Shown: positions 10,033 to 19,828 of the stretch, piece by piece
Numbering within the stretch: position 1 is the first letter of the stretch
Layout: every line of letters begins with the position of its first letter
Position numbers and translations under genes: made by a program
Source: an uncultured Alphaproteobacteria bacterium
GTDB taxonomy: Bacteria > Pseudomonadota > Alphaproteobacteria > HIMB59 > GCA-002718135
DNA: 61,466 nucleotides
Direction: 5' to 3'
Assembly: GCA_902539825.1 (NCBI GenBank)
Contig: CACBMH010000004.1
Span: 1-61,466, forward strand
The notes under the pieces: generated by a model
Told to the model about the DNA's origin: nothing
What the model saw: the letters and a program-made list of their open reading frames with translations, nothing else
Database searches by the model: none

Positions 10033-12208
10033 ATCTAAATTAGATACCATACTTAGTGAAAAGTATCTTTCTTATGCAATATCAACTATTGTTTCAAGGT
10101 CATTACCTGATGTGAGGGACGGATTAAAACCTGTTCATCGCAGAATAATTTATTCAATGTATCAGCTAAAACTTTTCAAAAGTTCAAGTTATAAAAAATG
10201 TGCAAGAATTGTTGGCGATGTGATGGGTAAATTTCATCCGCATGGAGATCAAGCTATTTATGATAGTTTAGTAAGGATGGCTCAGGATTTTTCCACAAGA
10301 ATTACATTAGTCGATGGTCAGGGCAATTTTGGAAATATTGATGGTGATAATCCTGCAGCAATGCGATACACCGAGGCAAGATTACAAGATTATACAAATT
10401 ATTTTTTTGATGGTATCGAGGAAAATTCTGTAGATTTTAAAGATAATTACGATGGTCAAAATTTAGAACCAGTAGTACTGCCATCTCAGCTTCCTAATAT
10501 TTTAATTAATGGAGCAATGGGAATAGCTGTAGGCATGGCCACAAACATTCCTCCCCATAATATCGTTGAATTAATTGATGCATTAAAACTAATAATAAAA
10601 AAAGATAAAGCCTCACTTACTGAAATTTTAAAAATTATTAATGGACCAGATCTTCCCACAGGTGGTGAAATAATTTTAGATAATAATGAAAAAAAGCAAA
10701 TTTATAAGAATGGCAAGGGATCATTTAATATTAATGCTAAATACCAAATAGAAGAATTAAAAAATGGTTTATATCAAATAATTATTACTGAAATTCCATA
10801 TCAAGTTAATAAAGTTAAGATTATCGAACAACTTGCTAATAACATCAATAATAAAAAATTACCTTTGGATGATGTTGTTGATGAGTCAGATGAAAATATT
10901 AGAATTGTCTTAAAACCAAAGACCAGAAATATTGATTCTGAAAAATTAATAAGCTTATGTTTTAAATTAACTGACCTATCAATTAAGTACTCTTGTAATT
11001 TTAATGTTTTAATTGATGGTATAGAGCCTAAACAAATTGGAATTATTGAAATACTATTTAATTTTTTAGAACATCGAAAAGTTACCATTAAAAGAAAATC
11101 AAAATTTAATATAGAAAAAATTAAAAAGAGATTAGAAATTCTTAAGGGTTATCAAATTGTCTTTAAAAATTTAAATTCTATAATAAAAATAATAAGAACT
11201 AAGGATAACCCCAAAAAAGAAATAATAAAAAAATATAAATTATCTGATTTACAATGTGAGTCAATTTTAAGTATGCGTTTAGGATCTCTAAGAAAGATTG
11301 ATGAAAAAAATATTAAAGATGAAATCCAAAAATTAAATGAAGAACTAAAATATCTTAATAAATTAATAAAAGATAAAAAAACATTAGATAAATTTATAGT
11401 AAGTGAATTAGATCTTATAAAGAGTGATTTAGATACTGATATAAAGGAAAGAAAATCTTTAATTTCATCAGAACAAAATAATGATATTGATATTAGTATT
11501 GATGAATTTAAAGAAATTGAAAAATTCACCATTATCATTAATAAAGATTTTCAGCTTAAGAGAATTAAAGAGATAACTGATGAAAAGGAAATTGAAAAAA
11601 TAAAAAAAGAAAATCTATTTACAGTTAATTTAAATTCAAACGAAAAAATACTTTTGTTTGTTTCTTCTGGTAAAGTTTACACTATAGATCCAAATATTCT
11701 ACCAGGTGGAAATAGCAATCCTAAATCATTTATTTATTTTGTTGATAGTATGCCTAAAGATAAGATTGCTGGATTACTTTCATCAATCAATGATGACCTC
11801 TTAATTGTATCCAAAAATGGTAAAGGATTTATAGGTAATACTGAAACTCTTGTAACAAACCAAAAGAAAGGTAAGCAATTATTTAATTTAAAAAATAATG
11901 ATGTAGTTATTAAAGTATTAAATCTTTCAAAAAAACACATAGCTTGCGTTACAAAGTTACAAAAAATGCTAATTTTTGAAATTGATGTTTTGCCAAAATT
12001 ACAAAAGGGTGGAGGAGTTCAATTAATTAAAATTAAGAAAGATGATTTTTTATCGGATGTTACTCAGTTAACTATCGAAGATGGATTAGAATGGAGCACT
12101 GGTTCTAAAAATAGAAAGTTAGAAGATGTTGAGTTCTGGATGGGTAAAAGAGCCCAGGCAGGAAAAAAAGTCCCTAAATATTTTAATAAAAATCTTAAAT
12201 TTGATTAA
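10016..12208 (+). CDS. parC: DNA topoisomerase IV subunit A
   Basis: RSLPDVRDGLKPVHRR, GKFHPHGD, AAMRYTEARL; no GyrA box; ParC-type C-terminus (GKRAQAG); recO-parC synteny. Confidence 0.92.
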   Translation: MNKIIESKLDTILSEKYLSYAISTIVSRSLPDVRDGLKPVHRRIIYSMYQLKLFKSSSYKKCARIVGDVMGKFHPHGDQAIYDSLVRMAQDFSTRITLVDGQGNFGNIDGDNPAAMRYTEARLQDYTNYFFDGIEENSVDFKDNYDGQNLEPVVLPSQLPNILINGAMGIAVGMATNIPPHNIVELIDALKLIIKKDKASLTEILKIINGPDLPTGGEIILDNNEKKQIYKNGKGSFNINAKYQIEELKNGLYQIIITEIPYQVNKVKIIEQLANNINNKKLPLDDVVDESDENIRIVLKPKTRNIDSEKLISLCFKLTDLSIKYSCNFNVLIDGIEPKQIGIIEILFNFLEHRKVTIKRKSKFNIEKIKKRLEILKGYQIVFKNLNSIIKIIRTKDNPKKEIIKKYKLSDLQCESILSMRLGSLRKIDEKNIKDEIQKLNEELKYLNKLIKDKKTLDKFIVSELDLIKSDLDTDIKERKSLISSEQNNDIDISIDEFKEIEKFTIIINKDFQLKRIKEITDEKEIEKIKKENLFTVNLNSNEKILLFVSSGKVYTIDPNILPGGNSNPKSFIYFVDSMPKDKIAGLLSSINDDLLIVSKNGKGFIGNTETLVTNQKKGKQLFNLKNNDVVIKVLNLSKKHIACVTKLQKMLIFEIDVLPKLQKGGGVQLIKIKKDDFLSDVTQLTIEDGLEWSTGSKNRKLEDVEFWMGKRAQAGKKVPKYFNKNLKFD

Positions 12209-12249
12209 TAAATACTTTTATTATTATTCAATAGGTTTAAAATTATTAC

Positions 12250-13368
12250 ATGAACAAACCTAATCTAAATACACAATCTGTTTTATCAATGAAAGGTGAG
12301 GGTTATTACTCTCAAAAAACTGTTGGGGCAAAAAATGCTATAGATAAAGTGGAAGTATTAATTGAAGAAGCCTTTAAATATATCCCTAAAGTTGACATAC
12401 TTAGAATAGCTGATTTCGGCAGTGCTGATGGTGGTACAAGTCAAGAAATGTGGTTTAATATTATTGAAAAAATAAAAAAATCTGGAGATAATAGAGAAAT
12501 TGAGATGTTATATACTGATTTAGCATCTAATGACTTTTCAGTTTTATTTAGAATGATGCAAGGAATGCAAGGTAATAATAATTTTGCTTACCAGAATAAA
12601 TTTGAAAATGTTTTTGTGCACGGATGCGGTACAGGTTTTCATAAACAATTGATGTCTAAAAATAGTTTATCCTTAGGATTCTCTGCGACTGCAATGCACT
12701 ATGTTTCAGAAAGACCATGTTTGATAAATAATCATGTTCATATGGTAGGTTCAAATGAAGAAGAAAAAAAACAATTTAAAAATCAAGCTCTAAAAGATTG
12801 GGAAACAATTTTATTAAATAGATCAAATGAATTAGTTCCAGGTGGAAGGTTTATTTGTATAAATTTTGGAATAGATGAAAAGGGTAGATATTTGGGTAAC
12901 ACTGGTGGTCATAACATGTTCAATAATTTTACTAAACATTGGAAAAATTTAGAGCAAAAAGGAATTATTACAAATGAAGAATTTGTTAACGCTACTTTTA
13001 CTCAACATTATAGAACTGTTGAAGAATTTAGAAAACCTTTTGATGACCCTAATTCAGAAATATCAAAATCTGGGTTAATTCTTAAAAAATGTGAAACAAT
13101 GTTTACCGATTGTCCTTTTAAAGTTCATTATAATAAAAATCAATCTACTATGTCATCAAGGGAATATGCTGAAACATTAATACCAACAATGAGAAGTTGG
13201 TCAGAAACTGTATTTAAAACAGCATTAGAAAAAAGAAATCCTAATGAGATAAATCAAATTGTCGATCAATTTTATAATTCTTATCTTGAAGAAATAACAG
13301 AAAATCCAATAGGTCATGCAATGGATTATATTCATATAGTAATGGATATAGAAAAAAAAATTAATTAA
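12250..13368 (+). CDS. SABATH-like (Methyltransf_7) SAM-dependent carboxyl/N-methyltransferase
   Basis: SMKGEGYYSQ, RIADFGSADGGTS, YTDLASNDF, GTGFHKQL, FSATAMHYVS, QALKDW..IL..RSNELVPGGR. These match the salicylate/caffeine-synthase family motif series. Confidence 0.8.
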   Translation: MNKPNLNTQSVLSMKGEGYYSQKTVGAKNAIDKVEVLIEEAFKYIPKVDILRIADFGSADGGTSQEMWFNIIEKIKKSGDNREIEMLYTDLASNDFSVLFRMMQGMQGNNNFAYQNKFENVFVHGCGTGFHKQLMSKNSLSLGFSATAMHYVSERPCLINNHVHMVGSNEEEKKQFKNQALKDWETILLNRSNELVPGGRFICINFGIDEKGRYLGNTGGHNMFNNFTKHWKNLEQKGIITNEEFVNATFTQHYRTVEEFRKPFDDPNSEISKSGLILKKCETMFTDCPFKVHYNKNQSTMSSREYAETLIPTMRSWSETVFKTALEKRNPNEINQIVDQFYNSYLEEITENPIGHAMDYIHIVMDIEKKIN

Positions 13369-16007
13369 AAATATAAAGAAATATCTTCATGTACAGATTT
13401 ACATGAAGCTAAATAAATAGCTTGTTCTTTATTAAGTTTGTCTTGCTTTCTTAACCCAAAAGTCTCAGTACCAGTTTTAGATAATTTAATTAAATCACTT
13501 AAGATAATCTTATTACCATTCAATCTCCATTTTTTTTCAAATTTGTATATTTTTTTTGCTTCATTAATCAAATCTAATGCTTCATTTTTCTTATTGTAAT
13601 TTTTTTTCAACAATTTTCTTGCTTTTTTGATTGGTTTTGTAATTTCTGAAGTGTCAGTGAAAGAATTAAATAATCTCTCAAAATTTTTTATTATTTCTTC
13701 AATTCCATCCCTTTCTTCATTAACATTATTTAATAACTCATTAAAATTAATTTCTAATTTTGAAAATTCTTCAGCATTTTGAAAAATTTTGATAAATTTT
13801 TGTAAATCATTAAATGAGTTATCTACTGATTTATTATAACTAAGTTTCTTTTTCTTAAAATTATCTAATATTGTTTTGAAATTATTATTTTCCTCTTTCC
13901 AATTTGGAGGAATTGTCATTTTTATACTCTCAATTTCATTTTCTAATTCAAAAATTTCCTCTTCAAACTTCTGAATTTCATTAAGTTCAGTTTCAAGTCT
14001 AATTTCTTTTTTAATTTTTTCTATCTTTGATAATTTTTTATAAATATTTTTCTCAATATTCCTTACTTTTGTATGAAGTGGTTTATAATTAATTGAGTAA
14101 TCATTAAAATTTTTACGTGATAATTTTACTTCTTCAATTAAATTCTTTGAATCATTGATATTATTAATCATATTCGTAAAATTTTTATTTTGTTTTTCTG
14201 GTAAAAAATCAATATTGGTAGTCATTAGGTCATTTGTAATTAATATTGATTCAGAAAAATTTTCTTCATATTTATTATAAGAATAATCTACTAAACATTC
14301 TTGAAGTTTAGGATTAATTGGAGGAGGAGAAACTTCTGATGAATAATAAGACCTAAGAGGTAAATAATTTACTAATTGTGGAAAATATCCAACTACACCT
14401 AAACCTACTAGTTGAAGTAGTATAAACACGCTTGCACCTTTCCAGATTTCAGTCGTTTTTATTGATTTTGGTGCTACACCTCTTAGATAAAATAGTGAAA
14501 ATCCAAATGGTGGAGTTAAAAATGAAGTTTGCATATTTACACCAATCATTACACCCAGCCAAACCGCGGTAACATTTGCTGATGTTTCAGCTAATAGTAT
14601 CGGTGCAACTATAGGAACAACAACAATTGCAATTTCTATAAAATCTAAAAAAAAACCTAGTACAAATATAACTACCATTACAACTATAAATTGTGTCCAA
14701 AAACCTCCAGGAAGACTAGTAAGAAAATCCTTAACTATTTCTTCACCTCCAAAACCTCTAAACGCTGCTGTTAACATTGCAGCACCAATCAGAATTATAA
14801 AAACCATTGAAGTAGTTAAACTTGTTTCTATCATTACGTTTTTTAAAACATTATTTATTTTAAATGTTCTCCAAAAACTCCAAACAACACCAACAATTAA
14901 AAATATAACTGCAAATATTGCAATTACTAAAGCTACCACTTCTGATGTTGATGAAATATTTTTAACATTAAGTTGAAAATTTATTACAATAAAAGTTATT
15001 ACTATTAATGAAATTATAGTTATTAAAGCTGGTGTATATTTGTTTTTTTTATCATACAATCTATAACCACCCATCACACCTGCACCCACAGCACCTATGG
15101 CGCCTGCTTGATTTACTGTTGCTATACCAAGTAATATTGAACCTAAAACTACAAAAATTAATGCTAATGGCGGGACAAGCGATAGAAAAACTCTCCTAAA
15201 GAAATCTCTGTCATAATTTCCTTCATACTCTACTGGAGGTACTGCTTCTTTTTTAAATATTCCAATCAGTAAAACATATAACATGTATAGACCAACAAGA
15301 ACTAAACCAGGTAAGAAAGCTCCTAAAAACATATTCCCAGCACTGACTGAGTCTACACTAAATTGACTTGGTATATTTGTAGAACCAGTTACGTTTTTAT
15401 AATTTTCTATCCTCATATTATCTGCTGCATCTGAAGCAGACGCTAATTGGTCTGACAAAATAATAAGGACAATTGAAGGTGGGATTATTTGACCAAGTGT
15501 GCCAGAAGAACAAACAATTCCAGACGCAAGTGATCTATTATAATTATTTTTCATCATTGCTGGTAAAGAAATTAAACCCATCGCAACTACTGTAGCCCCT
15601 ACAATGCCTGTCGTAGCGGCTAATAATGCACCAACAAATATTACAGAAATCCCTAATCCCCCCGGAATAGGTCCAAATAATTGTCCCATACTTATCAATA
15701 GGTCTTCTGCAATTTTTGATTTTTCAAGCATTATTCCCATAAAAATAAAAAGAGGTATCGCTATCAATGTATCTCTTTCTACCTCCCAATATACTCCTCG
15801 AAAATTTGTTATTCCTGCATTTAGCCATTGAAAAGGACCATCAGATATAAAATATTCATTTGGGTTACCTTCAATTAAATATCCTGCTAAACCAGCTAAA
15901 AATATTGATATTATAGCTGAACCAGGAAGAGCGAAAGCTAATGGATATCCAGAAGCAAGTGCAAATGCCATTAAAAATATTAATAAAAAAAGAAAAAATA
16001 ATTCCAT
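13365..16007 (-). CDS. dctM: TRAP transporter large permease DctM with ~330-aa C-terminal soluble extension
   Basis: LIAIPLFIFMG, GTLGQIIPPSIVL, QTSFLTPPFGFSLFYLRGVAP, followed by a long charged helical tail. Confidence 0.9.
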   Translation of the reverse strand: MELFFLFLLIFLMAFALASGYPLAFALPGSAIISIFLAGLAGYLIEGNPNEYFISDGPFQWLNAGITNFRGVYWEVERDTLIAIPLFIFMGIMLEKSKIAEDLLISMGQLFGPIPGGLGISVIFVGALLAATTGIVGATVVAMGLISLPAMMKNNYNRSLASGIVCSSGTLGQIIPPSIVLIILSDQLASASDAADNMRIENYKNVTGSTNIPSQFSVDSVSAGNMFLGAFLPGLVLVGLYMLYVLLIGIFKKEAVPPVEYEGNYDRDFFRRVFLSLVPPLALIFVVLGSILLGIATVNQAGAIGAVGAGVMGGYRLYDKKNKYTPALITIISLIVITFIVINFQLNVKNISSTSEVVALVIAIFAVIFLIVGVVWSFWRTFKINNVLKNVMIETSLTTSMVFIILIGAAMLTAAFRGFGGEEIVKDFLTSLPGGFWTQFIVVMVVIFVLGFFLDFIEIAIVVVPIVAPILLAETSANVTAVWLGVMIGVNMQTSFLTPPFGFSLFYLRGVAPKSIKTTEIWKGASVFILLQLVGLGVVGYFPQLVNYLPLRSYYSSEVSPPPINPKLQECLVDYSYNKYEENFSESILITNDLMTTNIDFLPEKQNKNFTNMINNINDSKNLIEEVKLSRKNFNDYSINYKPLHTKVRNIEKNIYKKLSKIEKIKKEIRLETELNEIQKFEEEIFELENEIESIKMTIPPNWKEENNNFKTILDNFKKKKLSYNKSVDNSFNDLQKFIKIFQNAEEFSKLEINFNELLNNVNEERDGIEEIIKNFERLFNSFTDTSEITKPIKKARKLLKKNYNKKNEALDLINEAKKIYKFEKKWRLNGNKIILSDLIKLSKTGTETFGLRKQDKLNKEQAIYLASCKSVHEDISLYF

Positions 16008-16009
16008 TA

Positions 16010-16930
16010 TTAATTCTTTCTAATTACTTCTAAACTTCTTAATGAATAAATTATAAATTGTATCAGCATTGTAAGAGCAAATATTATTAAAAAACCCGCC
16101 ATTAAATATTTTATATTCATTCCTTGAGTACTTTGAGATGTTTCAAAATTCATTATTGGTTGGTTTAAAACACATTGTTTGCAGTACATCCCAAGAAAGA
16201 ACACAGTTAAACAAAGTGGAATACCCAGTAATAAACTTCCAAAAAGATTTACTCTTGCTTTATTTTTTTCACTAAAATTAGTATACAAAACATCAACTCT
16301 AACATGGCCATCTTTAATTAAAGTATAATAACTTCCAAATAAAAATAAGCTTCCATACCAAAATCTTACAAGATCACTCATTAAAGTTTGTTCATATGAA
16401 AAAACAAATCTTAAAATGACAATTTGAAATTCTGCTATTACAACAAGAAATGCTAACCAGTAAAAATTTAGAGATCTGAAGTAATATGCAAATAATAATG
16501 AAACAAATAATAAAGGAAAATGAACATATGGGGCTCGAAAAGAATTATTTGAAAATTTTATGTTCCAACTTTTTCCAATCATTTGTTCAAGGAAACCTTC
16601 AATTATTAGAAAAGAAATTATGGCGTCAATTATTCCTATTATTAATACTGACCAAAAGCCAAATCTAATTATATAATCATTCACTCTTTCAAGGTTATTG
16701 GCTAGAGTCAGATTATCCAATTTTTTATTATAATTAATCAATATTAATGGAACAATAATTGCTAATACATAAAGAAAAAATTGTATCGATGAATATATAT
16801 TTGCTGAATTATATATTGTAAACGCTCCAGGCCAATCACCTGCGAAAGTTAAATAGTTATTAATTAAAAATGCAAATACTATTAAGATTAAACAAATTGA
16901 AAAAAATTTAGAAATATTTGAGATATTCAT
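16010..16930 (-). CDS. dctQ: TRAP transporter small permease DctQ, N-terminally extended
   Basis: YTLIKDGHVRVDVLY DctQ motif; lies between dctP and dctM. Start placed at ATG 16930 because the 16960 start runs through the hairpin. Confidence 0.85.
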   Translation of the reverse strand: MNISNISKFFSICLILIVFAFLINNYLTFAGDWPGAFTIYNSANIYSSIQFFLYVLAIIVPLILINYNKKLDNLTLANNLERVNDYIIRFGFWSVLIIGIIDAIISFLIIEGFLEQMIGKSWNIKFSNNSFRAPYVHFPLLFVSLLFAYYFRSLNFYWLAFLVVIAEFQIVILRFVFSYEQTLMSDLVRFWYGSLFLFGSYYTLIKDGHVRVDVLYTNFSEKNKARVNLFGSLLLGIPLCLTVFFLGMYCKQCVLNQPIMNFETSQSTQGMNIKYLMAGFLIIFALTMLIQFIIYSLRSLEVIRKN

Positions 16931-16958
16931 AAAAATAAGTGGGGAGTAAACTCCCCAC
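16931..16958 (-). terminator. Stem-loop with U-rich tail between dctP and dctQ
   Basis: Minus strand GTGGGGAG-TTTA-CTCCCCAC followed by TTATTTTT. Confidence 0.75.
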
Positions 16959-16970
16959 ATGATTTAAAAT

Positions 16971-18077
16971 TTAACCTTCAAGTACTCTATTTCTTTGAGT
17001 AAAGAAAGCTGAGTCAGCTTTTTCTAACCAACCACTTATTTCACTTCTTGATTTTCTAAAGCTTGCAAGAATTCTTCCGGTTAATTCATTACCTTCAGCA
17101 AGTTCTTCATACAGTTGTTCTGCTGCTTCACCCATTGCATCGATAACATCTTCGTTGAATTCTCTTAGCTCAACACCATGATCATTCACAAGTCTCTGCA
17201 ATGCAGCTCCATTATTTGCATTATATTCAGTCAACATTCTTTCATTTTGAACTGTTGAAGCATGCTCAATAATCATTTGATCTGTTTTGCTTAAACTTGT
17301 TAACCAAGATTTATTACAACCTAGTGTTATTAATGTTCCTGGTTCATGACATCCAGGCCAGTAATAATACTTTGCGGCTTCATAGAATCTTGATCTTTCA
17401 TCATTCCATGGTCCTACCCATTCTGTTGCATCGATTGTTCCATTGATCAAGTTTTCATATATTTGTCCACCAGGCACACCTACAACAGATAAACCAAGTT
17501 TAGACATCATCATTCCACCTAATCCAGGAATTCTCATTTTAAGACCTTTGAAATCATCTGGAGAATTAATTTCTTTATTAAACCATCCACCCATTTGAAC
17601 ACCAGAGTTTCCAGCCATAAAGTTTTTCAAACCAAATTCATCACCAAGTTCATCCCAAAGTTCTTGTCCGCCACCATGTCGTATCCATCCGTTGATTTCA
17701 GTTGCTATCATTCCAAAAGGAACTGCTGCAAAGAAACCCCAACCGGGATGTTGTCCAACCCAATAGTAGTCAGCACTATTATACATTTGAGCATTTCCAG
17801 ATGTAACTTCAGTAAATACATCTAATGGTCCTACTCTTTCTCCACCAGCAAAGTGATTAACAACAATACGACCATCACTTAAGTCTGATATTCTTTGAGA
17901 AACAGCTTCTGCGCCTGTACCTAATCCAGGATAGCCTCTACCCCAAGTAGCAACGCAGTTGACTTCTATTCTATCAGCTGCAATAGCTGGAGCTGGGAAA
18001 GATGAAACGGCTGTTGCAGCTGCTGCACCAATTCCTGCTTTTTTTAGGAAGTCACGTCTTTTAAAGTTTTTTTTCAT
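16971..18077 (-). CDS. dctP: TRAP substrate-binding protein DctP (Tat-exported, TakP/keto-acid-binding-like)
   Basis: KRRDFLK twin-arginine signal, PAPAIA, GNSGVQMGGWFNKEI, KGLKMRIPGLGG, IDATEWVGP; GGAGG SD upstream. Confidence 0.92.
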   Translation of the reverse strand: MKKNFKRRDFLKKAGIGAAAATAVSSFPAPAIAADRIEVNCVATWGRGYPGLGTGAEAVSQRISDLSDGRIVVNHFAGGERVGPLDVFTEVTSGNAQMYNSADYYWVGQHPGWGFFAAVPFGMIATEINGWIRHGGGQELWDELGDEFGLKNFMAGNSGVQMGGWFNKEINSPDDFKGLKMRIPGLGGMMMSKLGLSVVGVPGGQIYENLINGTIDATEWVGPWNDERSRFYEAAKYYYWPGCHEPGTLITLGCNKSWLTSLSKTDQMIIEHASTVQNERMLTEYNANNGAALQRLVNDHGVELREFNEDVIDAMGEAAEQLYEELAEGNELTGRILASFRKSRSEISGWLEKADSAFFTQRNRVLEG

Positions 18078-18181
18078 ATGTCCTCCCGAGATTATATGAA
18101 TAAATTAATTAATTTATTTATAGAATTATACAAAAATAGAAAATCTATCAATTTCAAATCATATAAATAATAGGAAAATTA

Positions 18182-19357
18182 TTAAAAACTAGAAATTCCT
18201 GTCTGATTTTTGCCTAAAATTAGTGAATGAATATCTTCTGCACCCTCGTAAGTTTTAACTGTTTCTAAGTTAACCAAATGTCTCATGATATGATATTCTT
18301 CTAATAACCCATTTGCCCCAAGCATATCACGGGCATTTCTAATTATATCTAAAGATTTTTTACAGTTATTTTTTTTTAAAATACTAATTGCATTAATGAT
18401 ATCCTTTTCATCATCTAGAGCTTTAGAACTTAAAAGACATGATGCTAATCCTAAATTTATTTCTATTTGCATCTCAGATAATTTTTTTTGAATTAATTGA
18501 TTTGATGCTAAAGGTTTTTTAAACATAATTCTATTTTCTACATAGTCTTTTGCAATTAACCAACATTCAGATGCTGAACCTAATACACCCCAGCTAATTC
18601 CAAATCTTGCTTTATTGAGACAACTGAAAACTGATTTCCATCCTTCTGTATTTTCTAAACACAAATTATTTGGAACAAAAACATTGTTTAAAATTATTTG
18701 ACCAGTTGGACTAATTTTTAAGCTTGTTTTATTTTCTATTGTTGAAGTATTTAATCCTTCAGTATTTTTTTCAATTATAAAACCTTTTATACTTTTATGG
18801 TCTTTATTTTCTTCAATAGCCCAAATAATAAATATGTCAGCAATTGGAGCATTCGTAATCCAGTTTTTAGATCCATTTATAATATATCCATTTTTAGTTT
18901 TTTTAAATGAAGTTTTCATTGAAGTAGGATCAGAGCCAGCTTCGCTTTCTGTCAAACCAAAGCAACCAATTTTTTCTCCTTTAATTAATGGAGGAAGGTA
19001 TTTATCTTTTTGTTCTTGCGACCCAAATTCATTAATTGGATGTATCACTAGCGACGATTGAACAGATATTGAAGATCTATAGCTGCTATCTATTTTTTCA
19101 AATTCATATGCTACAAGTCCATACGCTAAATTTGATGTACCAGAACCACCGTGTGTTTTAACTGTTTGTCCCAAAACTCCAAGTGATCCAAATTTTGGAT
19201 AGAGGTCTTGATCAAATTCATTTTTTCTGTTTCTTTCAACTACTGTAGGTTTAAGTTCATTATTACAAAAATCCCTAACATTTTTTTGAATATTACTTTC
19301 TTCTTCACTTAAATGACTTTGAATATAAAATGGATCAAACCAATTATTTTCTTTCAT
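18182..19357 (-). CDS. gcdH: Glutaryl-CoA dehydrogenase-like acyl-CoA dehydrogenase
   Basis: DSSYRSSISVQSSLV, GCFGLTESEAGSDP, LNKARFGISWG, NLETVKTYEGAEDIHSLILG. Confidence 0.85.
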   Translation of the reverse strand: MKENNWFDPFYIQSHLSEEESNIQKNVRDFCNNELKPTVVERNRKNEFDQDLYPKFGSLGVLGQTVKTHGGSGTSNLAYGLVAYEFEKIDSSYRSSISVQSSLVIHPINEFGSQEQKDKYLPPLIKGEKIGCFGLTESEAGSDPTSMKTSFKKTKNGYIINGSKNWITNAPIADIFIIWAIEENKDHKSIKGFIIEKNTEGLNTSTIENKTSLKISPTGQIILNNVFVPNNLCLENTEGWKSVFSCLNKARFGISWGVLGSASECWLIAKDYVENRIMFKKPLASNQLIQKKLSEMQIEINLGLASCLLSSKALDDEKDIINAISILKKNNCKKSLDIIRNARDMLGANGLLEEYHIMRHLVNLETVKTYEGAEDIHSLILGKNQTGISSF

Positions 19358-19408
19358 ACAATATTAGCCAATATCATCATTTTAATGTAAATAACCACAA
19401 AAATTAAT

Positions 19409-19828
19409 ATGCAAAATAAGAATATATACATTGCTTCAGACCATGCTGGATTTGATCTCAAAACCAAATTATTGAAGAATTTTCCAAAAATTAATGATTT
19501 AGGAACAAAGACAGATGAGAGTGTTGACTATCCTGATTTTGCACACAAATTAACTAAAGAGGTTCTTAAGAATAAGAAAAACGTTGGTATTCTAATCTGT
19601 GGAACTGGTGTTGGTATGAGTATTGCAGCTAATAGAAAAAAAGGAATAAGGGCTGGTCTTGCTAATAATTCAAAAATAGCAAGATTGATAAGAAAGCACA
19701 ATGATGCTAATGTACTTGTTTTACCAGGCAGATTTATAAATACTAGCGAGGCAAAAAAAAGTGTTCAGGCTTTTCTTTCTACAAAGTTTGAGTCAGGACG
19801 ACATAAAAGAAGGATTAAAAAACTATGA
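19409..19828 (+). CDS. rpiB: Ribose 5-phosphate isomerase B
   Basis: [40 protein letters not shown]. Confidence 0.96.
   Translation: MQNKNIYIASDHAGFDLKTKLLKNFPKINDLGTKTDESVDYPDFAHKLTKEVLKNKKNVGILICGTGVGMSIAANRKKGIRAGLANNSKIARLIRKHNDANVLVLPGRFINTSEAKKSVQAFLSTKFESGRHKRRIKKL

Noticed and set aside
10016-12208. gyrA call
   Set aside because: No GyrA box, shorter length, and recO-parC context favour parC.
16931-16960. N-terminal extension MWGVYSPLIF of DctQ in the ORF track
   Set aside because: It is the translated hairpin; ATG 16930 is the more plausible start.
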